A stretch of 64,000 nucleotides of DNA. Origin: Ascidiella aspersa (Eukaryota). Shown here one piece after another: positions 38,675-52,917 of this stretch. Below the pieces are notes generated by a model, which was given only the letters and a program-made list of their open reading frames with translations, had not been told where the DNA came from and made no database searches. Numbering within the stretch: the stretch's first letter is position 1; each line of letters opens with the position of its first letter. The stretch covers positions 7,874,001 to 7,938,000 of the forward strand of contig OZ004611.1 in NCBI GenBank assembly GCA_963924565.1, in the 5' to 3' direction. Made by a program: the position numbers and the translations under genes.

Positions 38675-40170
38675 TTACTCGGTGTCATCATGCGGACAAA
38701 TGGATTCGCATGCCCTGGAATATATATCATTATACAGCTCCTGGAAATCAGTTCCGTTTTCTCCGCCAACGACATAAATGTGATCGTTTGATGAAGCTAT
38801 GGTTCTCGCTTCCTCCATGTTTATTTTGTACTCTGGACTTTCGTAAAAAAGGTAGTAGGTCTACAAAAAGGTATTAAGTACGCATTTATTCTTACTTGCT
38901 CTATGGAAATATAAACGATGGTTTACGCAAAAATCATATTTTTGGTGGCGACTCTAAAAAACAAACCACCCACCGTAACTCCGTCCCTTTTTAGCTCAGC
39001 GGCAGCTTCTGTGACGTTATCATCAGACTCCTTCTCCACAGCTACAAACACGACGTCAGTGTGTCGACTTCTGCGATGTAAGTGGCTGAGAAGGTTGTTG
39101 TGAACATACCAAAGTGCAGCAGCTCCAGTGTTCACGGTATTGTTTACTGAAACGTAAAAAAAATTATTCTATGACCAACAACAGTTGTTTTGTTTGGTAA
39201 TTTACTATCGTACATGGTTTACTGTAATGTATTCCCCTGGCAAAGTCCTGTGGCATAACAACTTTGTAAACTTCTTCGTGAAAGAAAACCCTAAAGCTCT
39301 GATAGTATTCTTCACTTTGGACAACGCGTCTAAATAAAGGTACATAATTAAATATAGCAATTACTAAAACTCCAGAATTTTTGATCACCCAAATTGCTTG
39401 AAAACGCCGACACTTCTGTTGTAATAGCTTTCGTTGCTGTTGAACTGGAGCAATGTAACAACGTCCAATGGGACGAATGGTGGACAAGGCTCTAGCGAAA
39501 CAGTTAACTGATAAACTACTGATTTGCCTTTTGTTTAAGCTTTCGGTTCTCTATTTGCGCATCAAATAAATGCATTTTCTATTAAATCGTTAAATGTGTT
39601 AAACACTTTTTCTCTAAAACCATTAATATAATTGAAAAGTATACATATTTGGGGCATGTTTCTTTATGCGCGATTTCCATATGTACTTACTGGCGCAGCA
39701 AGGCTTTTTTTCACTCCACACTCTGCTCCCCAGGCACAAACGGTTTGGCTTATTAAGGGGATAAATGTTGTAATCTGTTTCGTTGCAATGGTAGGTACAT
39801 AGCGACCCAATGTTGATACATCAGAGCATGTAATATATCCGTGATCCATGTGAAGCGATGGCATCGGACATCGGTGAGAAATAACTGAACAAACAATGTC
39901 AGAATAATTAATTATATTTTGTTTTTCGCCTGTTTTGTTAGTTTATTTGCGTTTTCTGCAAGTCAATTTAAAAGGCTGGCCTTTCTGCAGTTTATTGCGA
40001 TATTTTGTGGTACCTTTGGGCGGCACGACAAAGGCAACAATTTTCGAGTTATTCGATGAACTTTTAAAGCACGCAACGAGCTGTTACTATAAAAGCTATT
40101 GACCTCAATCAAACAACTCACCACAAACCGGAAACAGACTCTGCACCTGCCAATAAAACAAAAAATAAAG
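38675..40170 (-). pseudogene. CCP + von Willebrand A domain gene, paralog A, degraded
   Basis: CPMPSLHMDHGYITCSD (CCP-like); vWA-like NTGAAALWYV...VVFVAVEKESDDNVTEAAAELKRDGVTV; last exon ARTIASSNDHIYVV...DFQEL..CESICP-stop. The 5' region 40070-40310 is homologous to 37490-37720. Confidence 0.6.
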
Positions 40171-41397
40171 CAATTTGAATCGATACATTCTATATGCTAG
40201 CAAATTACTGAATAAAGATAAAACACAGACGAAACACAATGCTAAAATAAACGCCTGAGGTGCTTTAATAGTTTAGCCACGGGAATAAACACTAAACAGA
40301 TTACGCAACTTAATTCATAGCCTTCAGAACATCCTTCAGAACGTAGCTATATTCTCAAATAAATATAACTCAGTGGTTCTCAAACTGGGCTCCGCGAGAC
40401 AATTTTCTGGGACACCCAAGCACCTAACAAAAAATCAGCACGACGCTCCCAAAGACGAAAATGTTTTGTGCAATAAAATTTCTTCCAAGCCAAGTTTAAG
40501 AAACACAATAATAATAACTATGCCGTACATAGGCATAATTGTGGGGCAAAAGAAAGAAAGCCTAACTTATTCTCGACCTATAGGCGCAAAGTGACATTAC
40601 GCTAACGTAATTCAAACGTCTTTGCGCTCGACATCACGAACTACGATTATAGTTGTTCATTGACGTGATTCCAAGCGTGGAGTTGAATTATTCATTGTAA
40701 CGTCATAGTTTTGCGTTGTGCTTAATGAGAACTGTTCATGACTCCTTCACTCAAATAAAGTGTTTCGTTGAAGGTTTCACATTTTCGTGGTTGTATATTT
40801 TTAAGGGAACCGTGAGCAATGTTAAAAATTGCTACGAGACCGGTGCGTAATTTTTTTTAAAAAGTTTGAGAACCACTGCTCAAGACGAAGGAAATTAACG
40901 AACAGACGAAACAGATACATTACTTGAATGCGGTGAGATAATTTCACTAAATTAGAGGATGCTTTATAGAACAAACAAGAATAACATCAACGTTGGAATA
41001 AAACACAGTTCGATTTAGGACAATAGCTAAAAAATAATCAAAAAATCGTCGGAAAAAAAATCCTTAACTCCACCACTAACTTCCCCCATGAAAAGTGCAC
41101 TCTGAACCCAAATCCCACCTATACCCATTATCAAGGGAAAACCGTCCGGTGTAAAAACATGGAGCCAGATAAAATCAAAACTTTTCGTTAAAAAGTAGAA
41201 ATTCGGAGATGGTTCTACAATAAAAAAATAACTATTCAGATATCTATCAATAAACACTGTGAACACTTGCCGTATATATTTAGCGAGACTCCGGCCTAAG
41301 ATCGAAGAAATTAGAACAACATGAACGTCAGAATAACACAGTTTGAAATAAGACTAAAAAGACTAATATACCTATAATAACCATAGTACCGTCTAAA

Positions 41398-42565
41398 TAG
41401 GGGTCGGCAACCTTTTTCTAGTCGCGGGTGAAAACCAAACTTAGAAAGGTCTCTGCGGGCCGCACAAAATGTTAACCAATAATTGTGTTATTAACATGTT
41501 AGAAATGTGAATCAGGCAGGCCTCGGATCGTTATTACATTTAAGGAGGCAGTAAAGTGTTGACGCAAAGCGCGAAAAAAAGCGTTTGTTTGGTTTAAAAT
41601 TCGAGTTCACACGTCGTCATTCGTGCAACGAATGAAAAGTGTAATAAAACTACTTTGATGGAACGCGATAGCATTCAAAGGGAATTTATAACTCAGTGTT
41701 TGTTAACGTTTTTGGCCAAAGTAGACCCGGCGAGCGAAGCGAGCGCGATTTTTTGTTGTTGTATACGGGCATTTCTTTTAAATTTCTTGCAAGTTTTCAT
41801 ACATCGCCGAAAATGAAAAATAAATAAAATGTTAAAAAATATATGTCCAATATTTTAGAATAAGTACGTTTTTCCGCGACGCACTTGGCAACCTTCCACG
41901 GCGCAACGGTAATAAAGAGCTAATCTAGTTCAAAAGACAGCATCAAAACGTAAACAAACCGGAAGTAGAATGGTGATTCGCGCGAAGCGCGAAAATTTTT
42001 AGCTCTTAAGTAGTTAAAATAGTCAAAAAGGATGTGAAATAGACTCGTTTATAATTTATCAACGTTTCTAATTTATTCCTCAAACTGCTTATCAAGAAAA
42101 CATCACATATTTAAAAAGTAAATACCCAAAACCATAGGCACCGAACTTTCAAAATTCCAGGGCGTTTTTTTAAATCAGTACAAAATGTATATTAAATTTT
42201 CATTGAAGCATTTGTTGTGGTTACCCAGTTGAAAATGAGTCTAGTTTTACTAAAACAGGAAGCAACGCGCATAGCGCGAAAAAAATTGCGTTTGTTTGAT
42301 TTTTAAATTGGCAAACCTAATTTAACAGGAGGCGTAACGCAGTTGGCACACATTTTATACTCTTTTTGTTACATCACCGAATAAATTTGAAAAAAATGGA
42401 TTTTCGAGAGTTTTATGCTACGAAAAATTTCCTACTCATATAGTTATCATGCGCACGTCACCTTATAATTCAAAATTTTGTGCATTTTCGTATAGTTAAA
42501 TTATAACAGTTAGAAATATCGGGCATGGCCTTGTGTACAGTTTGTGAAAAGGTTTCCGACCTCTG
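41398..42565. mobile_element. hAT-like non-autonomous element
   Basis: Termini TAGGGGTCGGCAACC...GGTTTCCGACCTCTG; internal CGCGAAGCGCG-type motifs. The left end is shared with 16470-16575. Confidence 0.6.
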
Positions 42566-44789
42566 TGTTAGACATGAAGTTGCACATTAACACAAAGGAC
42601 GTTACAACCCTGCTTTGTCTGGCATAACTCTATGCCCAAACGTAACCAGATTGCCTGCATCTGGTTTTAGTTAGCAAAACTTCAAGCACACCAATAAACA
42701 TATTTTCGCATACTAAAGTTTAAAAAAAAATGCCCAAGTTTGGATATTCTAATTTTCAGAGAACAACGTGACCACGACGCTTTGGTTACAGACAATGGGC
42801 TGTAAAAGACAGTTTTTGTTAAACACATTCTAGGAAGTAAACCCAGATTCCGGCTCAGCAGATCAATTTGGTACGACAATGGCCGAAATACTGTTGTTGC
42901 ATTACAAGCGCTCTTTTCCTTCACCTGGATCGAACGAAGGTCTCACGACATATTATGGGTCTATAATTCGGGTGACAACTCTCTGCTTTCTTGTATACAG
43001 TATAATGAAAACAATTAAAGAAAACTTACTAAAAATATAGGCTACACTATTCAAATATATTAGGGCTTTGCGACCCAAACGTGATGTTCCCGCGACCCCA
43101 ATTTGGGTAGCGACTGGACCTTAGAACAACAATTGGCTTGTTGACGCTGCAATTAAAACACACAAATTTATGCGTGATACGACCGAAGCAGCGATGGGTC
43201 CAAGTGACCTGAAAAGCCAAGTAAGGCAAAACATTCATTCATTCTTCATTAAACTGCAATTTTAACAATTGAAGTAGTGACTTTACATCAGCAAAGAGAG
43301 CTTCGTGTATCATTTATATATAATAGAAACAACAAAGGCCTAAGAATGGAACCAACGCCACATAAGCTTTCCCATGAAAGATTTTTGCACGAACTTTTGT
43401 AAATAAATTAACTACATAAAAAAGCGCAATAAACCGTGTGAACATAACAATTTAGCAACAAGAGGTTTTTAGAGACAAAGTCCAGCAGCATAACAATAAA
43501 TCAAAGCAATTAGGCAAGAAAAAAACAAGAGAAATCAGGGGTCCAACCACCAGCATGCAAACAGTGATGACAATGACCCCCCAGGTATTTTGTGGAATGT
43601 GTTTGGTCAATGCTGAAAGTACCCATTTGTAACTTAAAATTTGAACATTGGTTGCTTAACTTTATACTGTTAATCATTTCTTCATCATTGAAGTAGTGAC
43701 TTTACATCAGCAAATAGCTTCGTGTATCACATTTATATATAATAGAAACAACAAAGGTCTAAGAACGATTTGACAAGTAACTTTTACAAAAAATCATTTA
43801 TATGACCACACAAGCCAATTAATTTTGCATTGTTCATTGCCCGAAGTCTAATTTGAGCTAATTCTATTTGAATACACAAAGTCTAGCTCCTAAATGGGTT
43901 GACTGCCATTATCAGAAATTAGGTTCACCGGGCCAGACAGAGTGACTGATCAGGATGTTAAAGATTTGACTGTAAAAATATACAGAACAATGGCAGCAAG
44001 TTTCAGAATTAGCATTGGAGGTGTTTTTGCCTTGGCCAGTCCAGAAAACGTGCATCGCAGTTTAAATTTACAAGGTCAAACTCTGGCTTCATTGGGTGCC
44101 ATGGCGAGGGAGAGAAGGAGAAGACAACACCATCGGCCGAGCACACCAGATTGATCAAACAAACAAATTGACAGACAGCATGACAGAGTTTGCTCTAACA
44201 GGAATTTGGCCAGCTAATTTGGATTAGAAATACTGATGATGTGCCGATCTTGAGAGGTTTCATAAAAGCCTTCATGGCTGTCAGAGGCATAGACAATTTG
44301 GAAGACTTTTTGGATTTGGTTAAGTGTGATGATGCTGTCGAATTGCAAAGGGTCAAAGATGCCAAGAATGTTGAACAAAGACTACTTGATGATGTTGTGC
44401 AATTTTGCTTTCAAGATGGAGACACAAAGGACGATTTCTGTGAAAGACTTATGAGATTGGTTAGAGCCACCTCATCTGGGAGTTTGGGAAGTGGAAGAGC
44501 GAATGAGAGCTGCAGGATTTGGATCTGTTGTTGATGATCTTGTAACCTTAACAAATGGGAAATATGAGTTTTTGTCCCAATTTTTGGTTCACCGATTAGT
44601 AGGCACTGTTGTTTTGGGATTGGGAAACAAGCTAAACATTGCTCTTCCAAGAATAGCAACAATATGGAGGGGCACAAGAAGCAGCAGATAAATGGAAAAA
44701 AGTCTGCCACTGCTTTCACGGATTGTTGTTTGATTATAAGTTCAGTGGACTGGTGAGGTTGGGGGGTCAATGTTCTTAGTGTTTCTACA

Positions 44790-45290
44790 GATGTACAGCG
44801 CTACGAAAGACGTGCGACGATGCAGTGAAGATGTTGCATGCACAAGACGCCATTTCGGCACCACAAGGTATCCGGGCCGTCTGCGAAATATTTTTCCAAT
44901 GACGAGCCGGCCTATGCGTACCCCTCTTATTTAAAACACACAAGTTGACGAAAGAACAGCTAGCATCAACTACGACGGCGATACGCGACATTCCTATTCG
45001 GCTCGTTCAAGCGGCAGGAAACATCACCACTTCCCGCGTCACTGCCTTACTTGAGTATATTTTGCATCCTATTGCAGTCAAATATTGTAAAACGGGAATA
45101 GACGAATGCTGTGCAGACAGTAGACAATAAATACGTAGAAGTGAAAAAATGGAAAGGTAACTGCATTCAAAAGAAACGTAAAATCGGAAAACGAATATAT
45201 GTTTAGAGCAGCAGATGTGGTGGGGCTGTACCCAAACTTACCAAGAGCAACCGTCAAGAAAGCTGTAGCTGCAGCTTACCGCGAGGCTTT
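44790..45290 (+). mobile_element. Penelope-like retroelement RT N-terminal fragment
   Basis: PAYAYPL(F)KTHK...IPIRLVQAAG..TSRVTALLE.IL.P...ADVVGLYPNL (PLE RT motifs 1, 2 and A). Confidence 0.8.
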
Positions 45291-47931
45291 TTAAAAAAAG
45301 GAAAATAGGCAGGCCGTGGCTACTAAATTGTCAGTGTTATTTTTTTACATTGTTTTAAGCATAAATTTCTTTATGGGTCAATGATTTTTGGTCATTCATG
45401 CAAGGAAATAAACGACAAGACTTTTATAAAAACTAATGTTTACGTATAGAAACTGTAAGACAGAATAACGATAACCAAAGAAATGACCGCGCTAGGACGA
45501 AAATTTGCAGACGGCGTGCCAACAAATTTGGCGAGTATTATTTCGTCCGGGCGAGTGCAGATTGATAGCCGCTCGCCCGCCTGGCGAGTGTCAATTTTTA
45601 GGGATTACTTTTAAAATGGGCAAGGCGTTAATTTTGTTTTCGAGTTTCAGAGACTAGCAACTTTTAACTTTCCTGATTTGGTATTCTAGAACGATAGATT
45701 CTAGGCATTTGACTAACGGTTTTTCTTTGAACATTAAATTACGATTTTAACGGCTCTATTCCTGCATTGTAGGTTACTTTTTTGTGTATTCGCATGTTGT
45801 TAATCGCCGGTGTAAGTATTTTTACACAGATCGTTCAGCAACAAAGTACCAGCTCGATAACGGAGGAATTTTCGAACAGTATAAGGAGCAGTTCAGTTTC
45901 AGCTCTTTGACTACCAACGCGCTTTGTACGAAGCGAGCTTTTTCATCGTTGGACAACAGTCATCTATGTTTCGGAGGTCGCCACCGTTATCGACAAGGAG
46001 GACATTCTTATCCAATGGACAGTGTTTGACTTCCTGGAGGAAGAAGTCCAACATGGAGTCTCTCCGGACCTATTCTTTCAAAGACAAGGGGAGTGACATG
46101 TAGCGTTTGCGCGCTCCATATTGCTACCGAGTTGAATCTCCGGTCATTCAATTGAAACAGCCTGGTGGACTGTGTCGTCGCCTCGCCAGCCTGCTGTGTG
46201 TTAATTTGACAGAATATTGCTGATCGTGTTTCCGAAATTTCCTGTTTTTTGCTGCGTCGCCGAACCGCATTGTCACGATATTTAATTACCGCCAGCTGGA
46301 ATGCTGTATATAAATTTCATAGTCAGATCGCTACGTATCGTAAGTACCTGTGTAAGTACTGATTGTCGTTTGGTGATGGAATTTAGCAAGAATGAACCTG
46401 GGATGAAAATCAATCTCATCGAACCGTGAAGATACTTTCTATCGTTGTATACGACTGCGCCAGGAATTAGTGAAGATAAGCACAGAGATCTACTGAAGTT
46501 ATGCAAAACAATCTCATGACATACTGGTAGTAATGTTAAAGGAAATACCAACTTCTGAATTTGTCAACACTGCATAAAAGTTCATGATCATAGCAATAGT
46601 ATACCCATTTACATTAAGCGCAAAACCGCCCTCTTTCTTAACCTGGGGTAAAATATCCACATCAGTTGACGAGACAGAAATTTGTGCCAGCTGTAGGTAT
46701 CGACTTTCTCAGTTCAGATTATCAATTCGAAGCTAGACTAGAGTAGCCTATGATTCTTTATCGTCTAGTGTTGGTAGAAGACGTAGAATAATGCTCTGCT
46801 AATTACTCTTTTTTACATCCTTATATCCTAGTTACTTCATTGTTATGTCATTTTCTGTTTGAATTCATCAGCTTTATCGGTAGTCACTGCATAGGTAACA
46901 TGTCTGGAAGCTAAACAACAATGTTAATGATGATCAGTTGTGTTTCGCCCTACCGCGACTTGTGCACTGTGCCCCCATCATACAGTTGCCCGGCAGGTCG
47001 CAACCGCGTGAGTTTCTGGTCAGATATGCTACCTATCAAAAGTATATTGTTACAATGTGAAGTGAAGGTTGTCGAATAGCATTAATGAACGTGTATATTT
47101 GTTTTACTGTGACAGGCACGGCCTATTGCCGCCACTGTCGGCTCAAGTCTGCGCGAAAATACCGCTGAGACACGTTGGCCATTTAAGACTGGCCGGCACT
47201 CTGCAAACATAGCTAAACATTTTTGGGAAATTTTGATGAAAAAGTGTCTCGTTGGTTATCAGTGGAAAAATTCTTGGCCGATTTATCATTCAACGTAACG
47301 ATGATGGTGTATTCTCGCATATTGGCAATACAGATATAAGCAAACTATTTTATTATTTGGTTCGTGTAGTTTTTTAAACACCCTAATGGAGACATCTAGT
47401 CATGGTCAGCAGAAAATTAAGCGTTGAAGTAAAATAGTTTGTGTTACAGGAATGAAAGAGAGTATGATGACTAGCTACGAAAGTAAGCCAAAGTTAAAAA
47501 TCGCCAGTTACCCAGGAGCTGAACAACTGGGAGGGAAGCTGGCTCCCGAGGATGAGTATTATTTGGATTATTGTGGTCGAGACAGAAGCAGCAGCACCCA
47601 TTCGTGAAGATTCCCAAAGCAAACTGGAAAGAAGTGACAGACCTCATTAATTCACATTGCCGAGCGAAGGTATCGCCAGACAATATCCCCATCAGAGGAT
47701 GATTGGCTTCGTTATTACGAAGAGGAAATGGCGAAGCAGGAAAACATGAAACCCGAGCCGACAAACATTAGAAAGAAGATCAACCGCGGCGTAAATTTAA
47801 TAAACGCATTTGCGGAAGTGCTAGAAAATAAAATAAATACTATACCCTAAAAATAATATACAACAACCGCACCCCTGTCTAGTTTCCTGTATTAAGATAT
47901 AGTTAACATTTACCAAACTTTTTGCTGTAAA

Positions 47932-48100
47932 GGCCCGTTTACTACAGCTGCAGTGAGCTCTGCGCTGGGCGTAAAAATCGCGACAAAACGTGACGTTTTT
48001 CTATAGCTGCACTGGGCTTGAGTTTAGCAAAGCGTGAAACACTCGCCACAATAGAATTTAAATGCAAATTACGCCCAGTGCAGCTGTAGTGTAAACGGGC
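47932..48100. mobile_element. Harbinger/Tourist-like MITE (partial second copy at about 50262-50405)
   Basis: GGCCCGTTTAC..TACAGCTGCA at the left and TGCAGCTGTAGTGTAAACGGGC at the right, in TAA-rich flanks. Confidence 0.65.
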
Positions 48101-48149
48101 TAAGAAAAATTGAAAGGAATCTTCTTTATGGGCCAAAATATTAGTGAAT

Positions 48150-48640
48150 TCCAAAGGATGCACATGTCTGCTAACTTTTTTTAGAAGGAATACCTTATAA
48201 GTTCCGTGTTGATAACCGGGAGTTATGTGTATATGTCAGATTAATGGGCATGTAAAAAATCATAGCTATGCGTTGTTTTTTAAGATTTATTTCAAGTTTA
48301 CACGTTAACACTTTTATTGTTGCTGTATATACAGTGGATTGTTGTGTGTTTTTCCATAGTTCTGAGTTCAAACTCTGATTCCCTATATTTATTATCAATT
48401 TCAGGTGAAGTGCACATGCACGTTCTACATTTTTGTCGAGCAAAACCAAACCCCTTCTTTAAATCCAAGAATTTGATGGGCAGCAAGTGTATCTGCCACA
48501 ATTGCAGACCACACACTATTATTTTTCCCATTACAATCAACATTGAACCCAACAAAACATTTAGCTAAACTGGCATCCATGCCAAATTTTTTTATGTCTG
48601 ATGTTGGAACAATTTTGAACGGTAAACATTAAAACCCTCA
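48150..48640 (-). pseudogene. EnSpm/CACTA (CMC) transposase fragment
   Basis: IKKFGMD...IVADTLAAHQILGFKEG.GFARQKCRTCMC...EFELRT..H, typical of animal EnSpm transposases. Confidence 0.75.
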
Positions 48641-50610
48641 CAAGAGATTATGTTAATTCAGAATTTTCTCAATTTAAGTTTAGTGAAAGAAAGGAAAGCA
48701 TTTGACGACAGCGTCGAGTCTGTTACAAGTAATACAATGGTATGTTTCTGTAAAACAATAATTCGCATATTGTTATGTTTATATAGACCAAGTTTTTACT
48801 GAACGTTAATGGGCCAACGCCATTTTGTTTTGCTAATTCAGTGGCCAGTCTATAATACTAAAAGCCAAGGTGAGGAATTTGGAACCCAAGTTAAAAAACT
48901 TTTCGTAACAAAAGAAGTATTTACAAAGTTCCCGAGTTGTAAGAAGGACTACCTCACAAAAAAAAATCCATTTGAAGATTGGCGTAGCCAAAAAGCGACA
49001 CTTCCGGTTAAAACCCTGGGATGTAAATGTCTCCGTGATTGGACAATGTTATTCGACTGAAGTTTTTATCGTAAGACAGAGAGGTATATGGGTAAAATGA
49101 AAGCCGGGCTTCTCGGGGGATATTTACAAGCGTTACGAAGCTTGGTAGTAGGGTGTGACTTTGGACAATCTAAATATTGCTGCACTCCCCATCAACAAAT
49201 GTGTATACCAGACCTAACACTGGTGTTTGTTTTGCGTTTAAAAATAAGAAATCGTTTGCAAACTGGACCAATGAAAAATTTTATGTAAACGATTGATTAA
49301 TACGCAAAACTTACTCTATTTAGTAACCGAAGCCCTCCTGAAACAACAGCAGAGGCTGTACGGCCTCATGGAGCGGGTGCTTGAGAAGCACACTGACAAT
49401 GTAGAAGTTCTGGAGATACTTGGACCACCGCATGATACGATCAAAAAAAAGTGCGGCGTGGCTCTACCACTACCGAAGGACACGCCACTGGAATATTTAT
49501 GCATGTGTTTGTCGCGGAAGGGTTGAGGGGGTACCAGCACCCCGACGTAAAAAATCATGGACAATAAAAGAGCGACGAACTACTAAGTGAGGCCGCGAGT
49601 GGAATACTCGATACTGCTGGCCCACCAAGTCAGAAAGACAAGGTACAGGTTTTGTAACCTGTTCATCATTATAAACAGAATATATTTTAAAATGAGTATT
49701 GGCCAAATGAAGAAATTTATATACTATTGGAGTTGTTAGTTCAGGAAAAGAATGTGCTGGGCAAAATGGATGACAGGACCCAAAGGAATGAAATAATTTT
49801 GAGGATCCGCAAGATGAGTTGGAAAAATGCAATATCCGGGATCTAAAAGCATTTTAACCATATATTGAATATATGTTAGCGACACAAAGGTGGTTTCTTT
49901 TATCTGCAGAACGATTTTCTAAAAATGAAAAGTCAGTGTGCCCCTGTTATAACAACAATCAAGCCATGGCTACCTTTAAAATCACGAATTTGAACAAGTT
50001 ATGTGTATGTTAGATCTGTATCACAATTGTTATATAGTACCACATAATCAGAATCGATCATTCACTTTCAAAGCCCTTCAAATGTGGTGGGCGGGCAACC
50101 CTCTGTTCTGAAGTGGCGTCAAACTTTAGGCTTCACGCACGTTACAGTTATAAATGTTGACAATTTTGCTATATACGTTATTGATCTTTTGTTTGTTAAC
50201 AAGTAGGTAAGTAACTTCAATAGAATAAATAGTTTTTACCTCTCTTCAGCCAGCATCTTTAAGGCCCGTTTACAGTACAGCTGAGCTGTGCGTTAAATTG
50301 CGCTTGTACTATTATTGCTACACAACAGACAAAGCAAAATCACTTTCAGGTTTCGATGGCAGAGTGAAACTCTCGCCACAATATAAATTAAATGTAAAAT
50401 TACACTTTGATCAGCCCCACAACCTTATGCATATTTTAAAGATTTAAAAAAAGTTTGTTGAGGGTACCTTATATTACGTGGCAAAACTACTCTCGAACTT
50501 TAAAACCCCAAAATTAGTTTGTAAAATGAATTAGTTATTTCAAAATAAAAGTTGCAATGAAATTACATTCCTATTAAACAATTCGTTGTACACTATTTTA
50601 GAAAGGCTAT

Positions 50611-50716
50611 TGTTTAAATTGTTGTATATGTAGGTAAGACAGGAAGATTAAGCAGTGAACTCAACTTACTGCTTAATCTTCGTCTTTACGTACACATATA
50701 CAACAATTTAAACAAA
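50611..50716. repeat. Fold-back palindrome / tiny MITE
   Basis: TTGTTTAAATTGTTGTATATGT..GAAGATTAAGCAGT pairs with ACTGCTTAATCTTC..ACATATACAACAATTTAAACAA. Confidence 0.8.
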
Positions 50717-50829
50717 CTTTTAACACTATAGTGTATTTTATATATACAAGATTGATTTAGCATACTGTTCTCCAGTTAAGTGTGCGACACTTTTAAAACC
50801 TTCCAAACAATTAATATTTTTATTAGCTC

Positions 50830-52700
50830 GCAAAACAATGAATTTCATCAAATTTTTTGGAATGAACAAATCAAACTGCAAGATAGGAAGTTGAAAGGAG
50901 AGCGTTATCATCCTCAAATTATTAAGTAAGTATGCATTTTTTGCATATTTTTATTTAAATAATTTCTGTAGTAATAATCTGTAGGCATCATATATTTATA
51001 GATTCTGCTTATTAAAAGCAAGTCCGCTTAGGAGGAGCTGAGGCAATCTGGCTTACTTTTTCTTTTATTATATATTTTTCAAAAGCGAAGGTAGTCTAGA
51101 ATCCTACCACAACAAACATGATGATTAATGTTGCATTGAATATGTTAAAAATGGAAATCACCTTGACCCTTGCAAGATAGATGTCGACCTTAATTCCTGA
51201 TCAGTAACAGCAAAATAATCTAGCAAAGCTAGCAATTCAGGTCAGACACATTAACTTGGATGTGTCATTACTATTTAATAGCTTTTATATTTTAGTTATT
51301 TTACTTTGTTTTATTTAATCTTTAATGTTTCTGACTCTTTCGTATACTGTATAATTTTGCTGATGATGATTAATATAATAAATAATAATTGACGCACCCA
51401 AACACTAACTCGCATCCTAACCCAATAAATGTTAGCAATATAAACACCTCCGGACGAAAATGTGATTTTCAGTGTATTTAAAGGTAGTTATGTTTTTTAA
51501 GAAGTCTTTCGGACAAAGTCTGGCATTTAAAAGCACGTTATGGATGAATTGGATGTCAGAAGTCAAAAACTTTTGCAGCACCAGCGATATGTTGTTATTT
51601 CTGTAGATGAAATGAAGAGTAAGCATTTTGTAACTGTTCTAATTAAAATAAAAACATCGTGTATGATGCAACAACAGATCAAATGGTTGGTTTTGTTGAC
51701 CTTACTTAGAACACGTTCTCAAAATACAGATTTTTCAAGGCCGTTGGCATTTTATCCAACCCATAATAACATCAATGCAAGTATGTTTTGGGAAGTTGTA
51801 AGAGAATTAAAAGCGTGCCATTTTTCTGTTTTAGCTCTTGTAGAAGATGGTGCTTCTAGCAACAGAAAAATGTTTTCACTGCTTTAAAATTGGAAATTCC
51901 TTACAAGTGTTATGTCTACAACCCAGATGTTCCAATCTTTTTAATATCTGACCCTCCGCATTTATTAAAAACAGCTTGTAACAACGTAAGATCAAGTAAG
52001 CCATCTGGTACCAAAATGTTAAAAAATATGATCAACATTTTATCGTGTGGGACCATTTTTGTCGTGTGACAAGTTTATTTAATTCTGATGAGCTGAGATG
52101 TTGTAAGTAAACACGGGCCACTTTTCCAGTCAAAGCTATGCAAAAATGCGGGTTTGCTATGCTGCCCAGCTTTTGTCTGGTAGTGTCGAAAGTTGAATGG
52201 AAAGCAGAGGTGGCGAAGAAATGAAGCGGAGTGCTTGGTTTGCAAGGCTAATGAATAAATGGTTCGACCTAATGAATACTCGATTAGGTGGAGGGTATAA
52301 CAAAGATTTGCAACCTTATTGTTCAGCGTATGACGATAGGCTATCTTGGCTTAGTTAAAACTCTTGCAAAAAAAGGAGAGCAGTAGCAACTTGACGCTGT
52401 TAGAAAGAAAGAAAATGTTTTTGAGCCAACAAACATATCAAGGGCTTGTCATGACAACAAAAAGTATGGTTGAATTAGTGAAATTCCTTATTCTGCTAAG
52501 CCCTAAAAATTCATACATAAAGAAACCAAGATCCGTTGAAAGCCTATTTTGGAAAAATGCGCCAGCTTGGTTAAGGGTTCAAATGTGCATCATTGTATCA
52601 ATTGGAAAAGATGGTGCAACCTCTAATGCAAAACTACCTAAAAGAAAGCTTACTGTATCAAAATTTCAGTCATCAGTTGAAGCACGTAAGATCTAGGTAT
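50830..52700 (+). pseudogene. P-element (THAP9-like) transposase, spliced and degraded
   Basis: FWNEQ..GERYHPQII, SVDEMK, DGASSNRKMF, SDPPHLLKT.CNN, KMRVCYAAQLLS, MNKWFDLMN, FLSQQTYQGL.MTTKS and QDPLKAYFG.MRQ, in order. Confidence 0.9.
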
Positions 52701-52917
52701 GCGGTATAACATTAACTGCAAATGGTTGTTACCTCTTGGGTGCAGTTGGAAATACCTAATCTAAATGTTCATATTATATAAACTTTAAATTCAACTTTCT
52801 GAAAAATTGTACAACTTCTATATTTTAAAGGTATATTGTAAATGTACATAGCAATGTTTAAATCAGTTTGTATTTGTTTAACAACCAAGAAATATAAGTA
52901 TGCAGTACAAGAAAATT

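Noticed and set aside
43269-43765. About 85-bp direct repeats (about 43269 and 43688) as LTRs
   Set aside because: Too short and close together, with no LTR hallmarks; likely a local duplication.
45830-46620. Coding-like, higher-GC stretch (possible LINE or recombinase relic)
   Set aside because: No frame yields a recognisable motif set.
47400-47770. Myb/SANT-like fragment (WKEVTDLINS)
   Set aside because: One short motif with stops; too little to call.
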